From NCBI GenBank assembly GCA_904063045.1, contig CAJFCJ010000019.1:2610684-2674683 (forward strand): DNA of 64,000 bases, in the 5' to 3' direction. The stretch is from Dimorphilus gyrociliatus (lineage: Eukaryota > Animalia > Annelida). Of the stretch, positions 51,511 through 64,000 are shown piece after piece; position 1 is the stretch's first letter; every line of letters starts with the position of its first letter. The position numbers and the translations under genes were made by a program. The notes below the pieces were generated by a model, which was not told the DNA's origin, did no database searches, and was given only the letters and a program-made list of their open reading frames with translations.

Positions 51511-54500
51511 GACGCTGCAGGCAATGAGAATGTTCAAAGAAGCTTCACTCAATCGAAACCTATATCGAAGTTCAATTATTATTGATGAGTGACTATAGAT
51601 CTGAACATATACACTTGAGCGGTTTTTAGATGCTTCCACGTAACCGTTGCGCATATACGTAATCTGCGATATTTAGATAGTGTATTACTGTGTATACTGT
51701 ACAGGAATACGATACATTTTTATAGATGTGGAGATATTTGTCAAGTTTATTCATATCTAGCAGGGAGCGTATCTTTAAAAGTAACGTATTACTATGTAAA
51801 CGTAAATATTGCATTAGACGCTGAGGCTTCTCTTTAGTTTATAGGCTTACACGTAGTTGCGTGCTTTTTACGACAGTATTCACGAATAATTCCGAACGTT
51901 TTTCTCCGTTCGATACCGCATATTACTTCGAACGAGCGTCGTATCGATCGACGGCGATTCTTCAAAGCGCGCATGCCTGCGAACCACTCTGATGGTCCGA
52001 CCAGTCAGACGGACAGTCACGTAATCAAGTTTTAATTGCGCCTTTTCTAAAGGAAATACAAGATGATTGTAAAAAATCTTTTTCCAATTATCTACTAGTC
52101 ATATTTATAATTAATATAGCATAAAATAAAAAACCAACGCCTTTTTCTCTTCGTTCATTTGCAAAAACGGCGGCAAGGCAAATCTTATTAGTTGTGCCAG
52201 ACTCGCCTGATTGTTATCTTGCGCAGTTCGATGCAGTTGGCGACTATCGGTGCTAAGGGCATCTGATAAAGTTCTTGTACTCGCTTTATTTAGATGAAAC
52301 AGCCTCATTTCTCCTCAGATTATTAAGTTCTAACACAAGATTTTTTGTAATTTATAACTTCAAGTACATTTAAGTGTAATACATGTGTTTATATAAGTTA
52401 TTTTTGTCTATAAATTGATGTTTGAAGAGATAGTTTGTGCGATTAATTAGAATATCTTTTTTGTTAAATTATAGAGTTCATTTTTTTTAAAAAAAGGAGT
52501 GAACGTATTGTATTTGTACGTGACCAAAAGTGAAAAAAGTAAAGGGCAAATTCGAGGAGAATAATGAAAAGAGCAAGCATGAAGCATAAAGATGACTTTT
52601 GCATCCTCCAGACGACCCTTGAGGGATGGGCTGGCATCTAGTCATTCTTCTAACGCTTTATAAATCAGATCAATGGGAACTACAAGTATAAAATTTGACG
52701 CGTGAATTATATAATAAAAAGCGGAAACGTTTCCTAGCCATTCGATACTTAATTGACAAACAAAAGTTTGTCGTATACGAAACGGTGATAGAGAGCAAAC
52801 TTCCTCAAACAAATAGCGCCGTCTCTTCTCAAATATTAGCTCGGAAGTGGGCAAACACACTCGTGATGAGACGTCGAGGCTTGTGGCAAACTTGGCAAAC
52901 TCTTCGAACTACGCTATAAATATCGCTTTGACTCAACAAAAAATCAATGACGTATCGCACCCCTATCTAAAAAAATCCGCCCATTGTTTGTTGCACTTGA
53001 CAAACAAAAAAAGCTCGACGAGATTATAGATTTTTCTCGCACGGTTCTTTGATAATTTAAAACAATTAATCGTACGAATGCATAACTAATTAACTGTGAA
53101 CGAGATTTATACCTGATCCTGATTGGTGAAACCTTATTAGCGTAAACTACTCTCAACTTTTCCTAAGTACAAAAACTAGCAAAAAAACTGTGATAAACTT
53201 GAATGCCTGTTAACGTTGATATACGAAGTTAAGGTGGCCATCATTTGGGAAGAAAAGGCGGCAAAGACATTGACTTTCCTATAATTTAGCGCCAGTCTGT
53301 ACAAATCAAGCCTAAATGAGCGTTGATGAGGCGTAGAACTAGTCGGAAACAAGCCCTTCAGGCGTCATCGATTTTCACAACGAAGACGCCCGGCATGGGA
53401 CATTAGACGCCCAAAAACAGAATGTTACAGATGTAGAGTATATTGGGAGAAATAAAACATTTTTCGTCGTTGTCAACATCACGCCTTCACGAGTATTAGT
53501 ACACTCATTGTGCGTGCTGTGTTTTCTTTTTATTTTACTTATAGCGTCTCGTTTCACGCTAGATATTGTTTTTTTCTATTAAAAATCGCAATGCTGTAGT
53601 TCAGAAAGAAGGCTTTTGATCGTTGCAGATTCGAAACGATTAAAGTGAATTAGACGCTTTGTAGTGCCACTGCGACTTGTTTTATACTTAACTAGACGCC
53701 TCCTGACGATATTACTTCCGGTCGATATAATGACTTATAGATTGAGTACGTATAATTGCACCAAGAGAAAAAAATGGTGATGTGCGCGCGTTTTTACAGG
53801 TACGTTTAGTGCAAAGTCTCAAAGATGAAAGGGTTTCTAACGAGTACTCAACTACGGTGTCTATTAACATCGTAAATTCTCAGATATTCATATTTCTTAT
53901 CTGATACTAACGCCACCTATATGATATGTTAGCCATATTCGCAAACAGTCATTTATCAAAAAAAACGAATCTATTACAGTGTTTGTGCGACCTTCAATTT
54001 TTTCGTGTCAGAGTTTTGAATAATTCAGCAGCTTTCTATCAACAGAATTATCAAGTTAGATTATTTCACTGTCGTCACGGATGGAATCTACCACATGGAA
54101 CAATATAAACAGCGAACAAAGGAAAAACAATAATAAGAAACGCCTTTATGTAATAAAAACGTTCTTCAACACAATACCTGTACGCAAAAAAAAAACTGAA
54201 AGTAGTAAGAAATACAAACTACAATCCCATCTAGTTTTTTCTTTAATGCAGATTTACTGCATATACAATACGGAAAGTACATTTGGTAAAGTAAAGAAGT
54301 ATATATTTCTCCAATTCACTTTTTACGAGTCTGTGAATGTAAAAGGTGGACATATTTATATCCATATATTTTTATAGTTGAAAGTAAGTATCCTTGTACA
54401 GGCATTACGCATCCATACATACAAAATTACTTTCCTTAATATATATATATAAACTCTTCATTCTGAGGAGACATGTCTAATGCGTATTGACGGTGCGTTT

Positions 54501-56781
54501 TTATGTTTTGAAACAAATAAAGAAAACTTATTGATAAATGATAATAATACTTTATTTTACAAAAAGTTAAACAAAAATTAATGTAGGCCTAAATAGAGTT
54601 GAAATAAAAAATTTCCAATTATCAATAACTATTATTAATAATAATTAACAATTCAAGTACAATAAAAAAAAGCAATATGAGAGATACATCTACATATACA
54701 GAGTATTGTACGTCGTATTGTCTGCCACATAAACGATATTTTCGTCTATTTATTTAGTTTATAGTTATCTAACGCATATACATATACTGTAAACTTATCC
54801 ATGTATAAAGCCTTTCTTGTTTCCTCATTTCCAATAGTTGCCCGTAAATTTATGTATAAAGTAGTAAGAATGTATACTTTGTGTATACAAATACACGTAT
54901 TTATATTGTGCTTGTGAAGACAGCAGCCGGTGGAAATTTGCTCATCTTGGTTTTATCGAATTAATGCAATGTCACGTTCTGACAATAATTAGAACTATAT
55001 AACACCGTTTTCATTGATATGTATATTACTAGCATATACATATCCATCAATTGTACAAGATAATCATCGATTGTACCTTTCTTAGTGAAAGATTAGGTGG
55101 AGAAATTTCACAGTTTTTTCCTTTTATAACGCTATTTATCAACTAATAAGAAAAGTTGTGTTTCTACAATCCAGGCGCTAAAGACACGTTATACGCCTGT
55201 TTGTTTGTCTGATTTGCAACTATATATTATATAGTCTCTAGGAAGTTCTGCAAATAAGGTAGAACATACTCATTGGTGGGATATAGTAAATAATGAAAAT
55301 TCTGATAATGAAGATAAATGACCACATCAAAAACATATACTTTATGTAAGCTTTAGTGATAAATGTACATCTGTACAAACTATTATAAGACACCTTCAGT
55401 CCTTCTTCTAGGAGATTGTTTTTATAGATAAATTTTATGATTTTGTTAATCGTTATGAGAAAAGATAAACTATACAAAAAATCCAATTCTACTTTATTAT
55501 TAATGATTTGAGATTACAAATCTGCAGAATATAATAAAATAGTTTGTAATACATATTTATAAGTACCAATATATATATATATATATACATACAGGTATAT
55601 TCTGTATATAAATCTATGCAACATGTACAACTAGCATCTCTTTATATTCCCTAGTCTGCTTATTCCTAACATATTTTACTCATAATGTTCTTACAAACTC
55701 TTTTAATAACGGCAAACAGTTAGGTAATATGATTAGACAATGTTACCGATGCTATTGTTATATTTACAATGGAATAAGGTGTGATTTTTATTAAATATTT
55801 TTAAGTTTTTAATATAGAAGCTTGTTTTATAGACATAAAAGTTTTTTATTACCTTTCCTTTTTTAAGTATAAATCCTTTTTTTGGAATTTAAAGGAAGCT
55901 TAAAGGAAGCAAAAATTGAACTACATACATTCGCACATGTCAAGAAAATGCATTAGAAATCGTATAAGATTGCGTCAATTCACGTCGAATTACAAGATTT
56001 CATTCTCTTTATGTGTAAAAAGGCGTCTCTTTACGGTAAATTGAATGATTGGGACTGCATACGTGATATGTTTAAGACTAAACGAAAGTTTCTTGAAATC
56101 TTATAGAATATAACATACAAGTGGAGAAAGTAAAAGAAACGAAATAAAAGTTTACCTTATAGATTCTCTTCGATCTCTCTTGTCGTTTATATTTATATCC
56201 TCGTTCAATATCTCTGCGTGTAAGTACGAGCTGGACAGCTAAGCCGGCGATGTCTAATAGCGCGGACGACAGGCGTCACTTCGCTGACGACGTTGCGCTA
56301 TACGATTGATGATGTCGGAAGCTAACAAGCAGGAGAGCGTCATCGGAGCGTCGCCACATCAAAGGATGTACGAGAGGCGTTGAGTCTTTGTTCTATACTG
56401 CTTCGAAACAATCGTGCAACTTGTTCCACACATTCTTTTTTACACTTTAGCCATAGCTACAAAAACTCACAGGGAAAAGTAAATGGGAAAAGGTGGGCGA
56501 TTATAAGAGTTTGACTATTTATTAATTAGAAAGTCGGTCTCCACGTTGATTACCACGTAATTCGACGCTCGCTAAAAGTCTGTTTCTTCCAACAGTTTTC
56601 ACATAAATAAGCCTTGTTTTCTTCGCTTCGAGCGTCGAAACGACTACGCAGATGACGAAAAGAAAACGTGTATTGCCATAGGCATATATATATTTTCAAT
56701 CCAATAGGAAAAAAAGGAAAAAAAACTAAACGATTGATGTTGATTATATTTTCACGACATTTATCATCAGGTGCCGAAAGC

Positions 56782-57329
56782 CTAATAGTCCCAGAATGTC
56801 CCATCGGAGGACTGGAGTAGTGATATATACTAGTACAGTAAAAGGGGACCGACTTTATCATAAACTGACAGATGTCGTAGGGTCTCCTGGTTCATCAAAT
56901 TGTAAACCAACGAACGCTTCTGTTTTAAATTTTGCAGTCTGTATTATTTTTTATTACAACAGTGAATTATAGGTGGCATAACTTGTGAAATGATATACAT
57001 GTATATATATAGTATTCTTCCGGGACTTAATTTACTATTTTTATTAAGAATATGGTATAAATATTGTATTCAAATAAAGTCAATATATGTCAATTATCTA
57101 TCTTAACATTGCCTTAATGCAAATTCGAAAACCTGAGTATATAGATGGCGTTTTCCTTTAAGTAGACGCCCTCTTTTGGGTATCGGAGCTACTACATAAC
57201 CGAGGGAATATCTAAATCCAATTTCTGTCGAACCATTACCATATATCGTATTTTCCAGGGAGACACTTCGATTCTAATCTCAACGCTTGTCCTTACATCA
57301 CTTTCCTGGAATAGTAAATGATCGACCAC
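56782..57329 (-). CDS. Candidate unidentified multi-exon gene divergent from the rhomboid
   Basis: Segments 57240-57329, 57133-57188, 56854-56938 and 56782-56811 join in phase through 51-, 194- and 42-nt GT-AG introns. An alternative frame is also partly open. Confidence 0.3.
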
Positions 57330-57906
57330 CTATTCTTTAGTATATAAACTAAAGTTTACTGGTCTAAATATTGCTCTAAACATTTGTTTTTACTTTAAAT
57401 AAACGTCAAGATGTACACATAATAAATCAATGTTTATAGATGGTAAAGTGTTTATAGACGAACTTCTCATCAACCGAATGAATAGTTTGAATAATTGATT
57501 TCAAGCGTTTTCTGATCTTCATATTATATTTTCCATTGCATTTTTGAAATATTCATGAAAGCAATTGCTCTCTAGTGTCAGTGTATCTACAGTTTCAAAT
57601 GATATAAAAGGATATTTTTCACCAATGAAAGAGATGAAAATAGATCGTAAAAGTATTTCATTTTAACTTGCATGTCCGATTGATCACGTGATTTGCACTC
57701 TAAATGGCAACGTTTCGGTCGAACTGCGTCTAATTACTCGTCCATCACGCTTCAGGGGAGAGAATTTTTACACATATTTCTATCATCCGTAACGAAATAC
57801 GCCCTCTAGCGTCTGACGACCGAACGTCAGTCGATAGAGGAGCGTCGAAAACGGAACGCTGTCGCCTTTATTAGCCTTCTTTTTCTCCGATGACTGCGAA
57901 AAGTCG

Positions 57907-60900
57907 ATGGGCCACGTGACTGAACAGACGGCGTCTGTAAATGCAAAGTTAAATGCGTTGGCTGTTGTGAACAGTTACGATGAAAAGGATGTTGCAGATT
58001 CGGCAAACATCCTTTTACAGGACGTAAGTAACTGATTTAGTATGCACGACGGTCTTCTGGTGACGTCAGCTTTTTAGGTTTTATTTTTTTTTTTATTTTC
58101 TTTTTCTTTACAGAAATGGAGAACATTCTTTAGTAAGGTAGAATAAGTCAGCGTATTCCTTTTTTCATCTCAATTCTTTTTAAGAATGTTGTCGTCTTCC
58201 TTAGCCTCTTTCCAGGTCAATCTATTCAATTAGAAGGAGCGAGTAACGCGGCCGAATACAGCCGACTCGCTTTTTAGCATGCGAGCATCGTTTTACGTTT
58301 GTCATCTGGGCTTAGGATAGTATGAAATATTGCAAGATAAGTCGCGGGTTTTCCGATTCAGCGCACAGTCCGTAATTACCCTGATTTTTATTATATAAAA
58401 CTTTTATCGGATGACGTTAAGTCGAATTACCACAAACAATTAATCTGTAATTTTTTATACGATTAAAAACAAGAACTTTTCCTATAATAACAAAACTGTA
58501 TATACATAGATATGTTTTATTCCATATTTATATATATGTGTGTATCGCCCACCGACAGTTGTTTGCCGGCAGATTATTGCCGTCGATAACTGCACAGAGA
58601 AATACGACGGCCGAACAAAAAATTGATCGCTGTTATGTTTTTTTTTGTGGCAGAAAACGACTTTAGGTGGATTAGGTAAGAGTGAGAGAGTGAGTGAAAG
58701 AAAGAGAGCTAGAGAGAGAGAGGTTGTACAACGTACTAATATATATATATATATATATACAGTATATATGTTTGTGTGTGTTTTTGTTAAAATGTCTATG
58801 TTTTTATATGAAAATAGATTTCTTTTAAATCATTTGTTAAAAGTTTTTTTATGGTTGAAGTACTGTTTTTTTTATTTACGTAAGTGCATGTGAGATAGAG
58901 TAAGCGTGCGTTGGTATGGGAAAATGACAGACAGCAACTGAGGGTCAAATATCCACATCAAATCTAAAGGAAACTCAAAGGATAATACGATTGAATTTTA
59001 GCATATAAGCTTTTCTTTTTACAGTACCAATCCATAGCTTTTATTATCGTTAAATAGCTAACATACCCCTTGGCTGTCAATTATTGTTCTTTATTACCGA
59101 TATTGTTATTACTGGACTTTCTTAAGCGATTATTAATTATTAAGTTTTTCGTGCAGTTCGATGTACAAGACGGCCAAATTAGCGTTGACGACTTCCGAGA
59201 TTCCCATTTCCGCTCAGAATTTGATGTTTCTCGCTTGGAAGCCATGGAAGAGAAGGAACGAAAGGAAAGAACAAGGCATAATTCTTTGCTGCAACTTGAT
59301 AAAGTCAGTTAAATCTTTATTAAATCACTGTACACTATTATGTGTCGGCTGAGTGCATATGATTATGAATAATAAAACATTTAATACTACGATTCATTTA
59401 GGTTTTAGAGTAAGAGTAGCTAGAAAATATCAAATTCGATACAATTTAATAAAAGATAAATGTAACATGTTTGTAATTCAAAAAGGATTATCAAATCCTT
59501 GTGAGGATATTTACATATTATATATTGTATATATTACCAATAGTAGTCCGTTAAATTTCAGTTACTTAAGAATTCTTTGCAAGGGAAAATTCACTATTTG
59601 TATATGTCAGTATGACATTTCTTTAGTTATAACAATAATTTTTTCGATATACAATAAAAATATGACCTATATTATTTGCTATATTTTATTATTTTCCCTG
59701 AAAATGTTTCTCTTATGGAAAGATTGATCACTTCCTTTAAAGTAAATAAAGTACGATAGTTAAAGATTATGTAAATTAAGAATTACGTGTACACGTCTAT
59801 ATGCGTATATTGTACACGTGGTTTATAATATAAGAAGAACGCATAATACAATATATATTTATATATCAGCATCTATAAAAAAACTTATTGTGTCTAAAAA
59901 GGATAACATTATTAAGCGTACTCTTCACAGTAGACTTGTTTATCTTCTAGAAAGTCGTTATTTTCTACTTAACACTGAGATTGTTAAAGGAATGTTATTA
60001 TTCCCTTAGTTTTTTGAAACTGTAACAAAAGTTAATTTCATTCATAGCTCCTTTACATCTTCCATAAAAAACCTTGTCCAAAACCACTTTAGCCAATCAG
60101 CAACCGGAGAATAATAACTTTCTAAAAATAGTTTACTTTGTCACTGCCGTTCAACATTGTAAACACTTGATTTTTACCTCAAGATATATTTTCTAGTTAT
60201 ATATTAGTAGGGAAAATTTATTGGCAATAAATACTTAGTTTCCTTACGAAGGTATCTGCCTCGAGACAGAAAAATTTCTTTCTTTTTATGTGGTCAAACT
60301 GGACTATTTATTATAAGTAATGTGGACACACCAATTGAAAGTAAGTCTAGCTAATCATTCACAATCCCAAGAGTATGGTTTGTCGGGTAACGACAAACGT
60401 TTGCTTCGTCTATTACTACCACTACGTATCTATGAAGTAGAAGAATATTTACAATATATAATATAAAATTTATATACTTTATATTTATACAAACTATACA
60501 AAGTATAATATATTTACTTATTGCCTGATTGCTATTTGTTGAAAAATTTCGGTTATAAAGCTACAGTTTAAAGTATGAAAGGAGAATTTTCCTTAGAGCA
60601 CTCCAACAAACAAATTGCAATGAAATAACTTCATTTAATTCAAGTGCACTTTTTATAGTTAAGCATCAAAAGAACCGCAAGCTTTGAGAGAGCCTTAAAC
60701 TGTAATCATCAGATTACTGGAGATTCACAGGTTAAAAATGGTGAAATAGATTTAAAAACAAAAAAAAACTATGATTTCTGTTTTTCTTTAATTTGCCAAC
60801 AAGATAGATATATACCAGAACTGCAAACTTACATCGGGATAATAGAAAATCTTGTTTCTCTGGATTTGTTGCTAAAATTTCTTCAGACTATTTGGTTGAT

Positions 60901-61997
60901 GAAAACAGTCGATGCTTTTTTCGAAATCGTTATCGTTGTTTCCCTCCACCTGTATTCGTGCCTTTTGTAGTCATCTTGGAGGTAATAGAGTGGAATTATT
61001 TATATTGAAGATAAATGCTAAGGAATTGAAATTTTGTAGATTGTTTGCTATTTGTATTATGCCATAAAAGAAGGGTCTTTCAAATTAAGCGGTTCTGTGC
61101 CTAATCAATCATTTTTGCTGTACACACCGGATAGGAGGCAAGAACTCTGGAGATTCGTCTTCTATATGTTTCTTCACGCAGGGTTAGTGCTCATGTCAAT
61201 AGATGGCGTTATTCAGTCTTATTTCTTTTCATCATCCACTTCCTCTACATATTAATTTCTTTTTCAACAGGTGGATTCATCTTTCCTTTAATTTTCTTGT
61301 TCAGATTCTTGTCGGAATTCCTTTAGAAATGGTTCATGGCTCGACCAGAATTTGCTTAGTATACATGTCCGGAATTTTAGCTAGTTAGTAGGCAACAATA
61401 AAGAAAAAACAAATTTTCTTCTTTCTGTAGAAATATGCAATATTAGAGAATCTAATTTTTCTAGGTTCATTAGCGACATCCGTATTCGATAAATCAGCTT
61501 GTCTTGCGGGATCAGCTGGAGGCGTTTATGCTATTCTGGCCGCCCATCTCGCCAACATCCTTACAGTAATTAAACCTATTTTACTATAATAATCCTACTT
61601 TTCTTTCCGTAATATTTGATCCTTTTTTTCCCGTGCAGAATTATTCAGAAGTGGAAATTGGATTTGTTAAACTCGCTGCCATATTCATTACATGTCAGTA
61701 TCACATAAATTTAATTTTTCCGTGTAAGAACACTACATCATTTATCATTTCGCCTTGAACGTTACAGCATCAACTGACGTTGGCCTTGCAGTGTGGGACA
61801 GGTACTCAACTTCAAACTCACCTCCTGTTGGCTACGCTGGTCACCTTATGGGATCATTTATTGGATTAACCATAGGATTTCTGATAATCAGGTCGTTCGG
61901 TCAGAGTCTCCGATCGCAAATCTTATGTTGGGTTGCTCTGATCGTTTATGGTGCTTTAACAGTTATTGCAATATTTTGGAATATTTTTGCCTATTGA
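57907..61997 (+). CDS. Rhomboid-family intramembrane protein with N-terminal EF-hand-like region (RHBDL1/3-like); catalytic motif altered
   Basis: Exons 57907-58023, 58114-58137 (KWRTFFSK|[13 protein letters not shown]), then [24 protein letters not shown]|[41 protein letters not shown], and the stop at 61997. Some middle exons are unresolved. Confidence 0.92.
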
Positions 61998-62597
61998 AAA
62001 AAAGGAGGAAATAATTAAATATTATTTTACAATTGGATAGTGATTGGCAAATAAGGCGGCCTGGAATATGTATACAATAAAATCTATATACGATTATCAA
62101 TTATTTATTCATTTGTATTTTAAGTTTATTTCCCCAATAATTCCCCTCTAGACCAAGCTTAAGCGAAAATATACTCAATAAGAACTGATTTTATTAGTGC
62201 TTTTTATACATATATATATCCTAATATATGCATATATAAATGTATATATTATATAATATATATATATGTATATATATATATAACGTGTATATTTAATATT
62301 ATTTAGACAATTATACATCTTTACATGTAAAGCCACACTCGCCTCTATATTACAAATATACATTATATCTGTAGAGTTTTACTTTGATCAATTATTAACT
62401 CTTTTCGTTATTCAAAGAATATAGTTTCTCAGATGTAAAAACTATTGTCAATAATTCTTTTATTATTTTCAATATTCAATAAAACAGTTATTTATCCTCT
62501 TCGGTTAGTTCTTTTTAATTGTTTTTTTTACGTTTGTTTGATTTCTTATTCAAATACTTTACTGTCTATTAAATAATAATAACAAAGTACTAAAGAA

Positions 62598-62623
62598 GAG
62601 GAGGAGGAGGAGGAGGAGGAGGA
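62598..62623. repeat. (GAG)n microsatellite
   Basis: Direct trinucleotide run. Confidence 0.9.
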
Positions 62624-64000
62624 TATGGAAACGAATGGACGTCGTTTAATCCAACCTATCAAAAACTGCATGAAATTAGATTAAGTATTGGCATTTATTC
62701 AATAATAGTAATAATATTTCTGTAATAATAACAATTTCAATAATGAAGATAATCTTTTACACACAATATTTAAGGAAAAATCAAATTACGATAAGTTTTG
62801 TTTGAAAAGAAAAAGAAGATTATAAAATATTGATGTAATATGATTTTCATATAGTAATATCATTATTACTCCATTTCTTGTTAAACTATATAAGTAGAAA
62901 TAGTAGTAGTTCATTGGTAGCCAAGGCAAACTATTTCCTTTTCCTACCATGATCAATGGAATTGCGTTTCATACCATAATTTTCTATAATTGATAAAATA
63001 GCTATAATTTCCCGAATGTTTAAGGCTTGTATGGGAATATAAATTATTTACGGTAGGAAATCATCTTTTTGTTCCATAGGAATGGTGATTAAAAGGCGAA
63101 ACTGAAAGATAGAAGAGCAGAATGGAATAATAATAAAGATAGAGAGAAGGAAAAAGGGAAAAAAATAAAGTCTTTCTATTACGCAAAAAGCATTTTTTTT
63201 AGCTTTTTTTCCCTTTATTTCTTCAAATGAGAAGAAAAAATTGCAATATAAAAAGGGATATACAGAAGAATATTAAAAGAAGAAAAATAGTGTGTTGTCG
63301 TGATGCGTTTTCAAATTGGAATTGAGTAAACATTCGATTCCAAATCATTCAGGGTTAAAACCCAATTAAGATAGGATATATCTTATAAATAACTACGGAA
63401 ATTATTCTTCCTGATTATCTATGATAATAGTACGATTAGAAGAAAACTAAGTTATATAATTTATTGCTGATGTTGCAAAAATTGAATTACTTAAATATTT
63501 CTATCTCAATAGGAAGGATTAAAGAGATAAGGTGAAAATTAAACGCCAACTGAGAGACAGTACCGAGAAATGCTCTTTAAATGTTTCCTTTTTGGGTGAA
63601 AACTTCAATTTTGATCAGGAGGCGGGCTCGTATCCAGACCGAGTGGCTTAACAAATGCCAAGACTGACAATGACTTGCCAATTTTGGAACACAAGTTAAT
63701 ATAGGAAATTTTAGGAGAAAAGAGAGAAACAGAGTTGGAGCAGACAAATTCTCGCTACCCATTAAAGCAATCTTGATGAAATTTTCCTTCAGTTCACTTA
63801 CATGATAACGCAATCAATCAGGCAAAATTTATTTTGTACCGCCTTTATATTCGAGAGAATATTAATAAAAATTCTACCTCTTAGGCAGGTTATCGTGTTT
63901 TTACTCTTTTCAAGACGAAATTTTATATAAAGGGAATATGTAATCAACGAAGAGGGTGACCGTCAATAATGTTTAGGTATTCTCACAATACAATGAGAAT

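Noticed and set aside
1-64000. tRNA, rRNA, CRISPR arrays, transposase or reverse-transcriptase ORFs
   Set aside because: No cloverleaf or T-loop context, no repeat-spacer periodicity, and no TE protein motifs or terminal repeats seen.

Overview
AT-rich eukaryotic DNA with dense genes, many ~50-130 nt GT-AG introns and (TA)n-filled introns. It looks like a compact invertebrate genome, probably lophotrochozoan/annelid-like (inference only). Hand-spliced gene models, left to right: unc-13 (-, no C2A exons found), Tob/BTG (-), an uncharacterised small basic protein (-), a C2CD4-like tandem-C2 protein (-), a secreted six-cysteine hormone-like peptide missed by the ORF track (-), a GPI-type Cyclase-family amidohydrolase (+), a RASD/Rhes-like GTPase (+), a DTHD1-like ZU5-UPA-Death protein (-) with a candidate antisense gene in one intron, a BK-channel beta-subunit-like locus with two variable first exons and one shared last exon (-), the cholinergic locus (intronless VAChT upstream of the ChAT coding exons, -) with a synaptotagmin-like gene nested antisense in the last ChAT intron, and an EF-hand rhomboid with an altered catalytic motif (+). 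The most striking area is the cholinergic locus: nested synaptotagmin, complementary RNA elements around VAChT, and uORFs. Next come the variable/constant-exon BK-beta gene and the EH/CHH-like peptide. Family calls come from recognising motifs by eye. No database searches were run. I found no tRNA, rRNA, CRISPR array or clear transposon.
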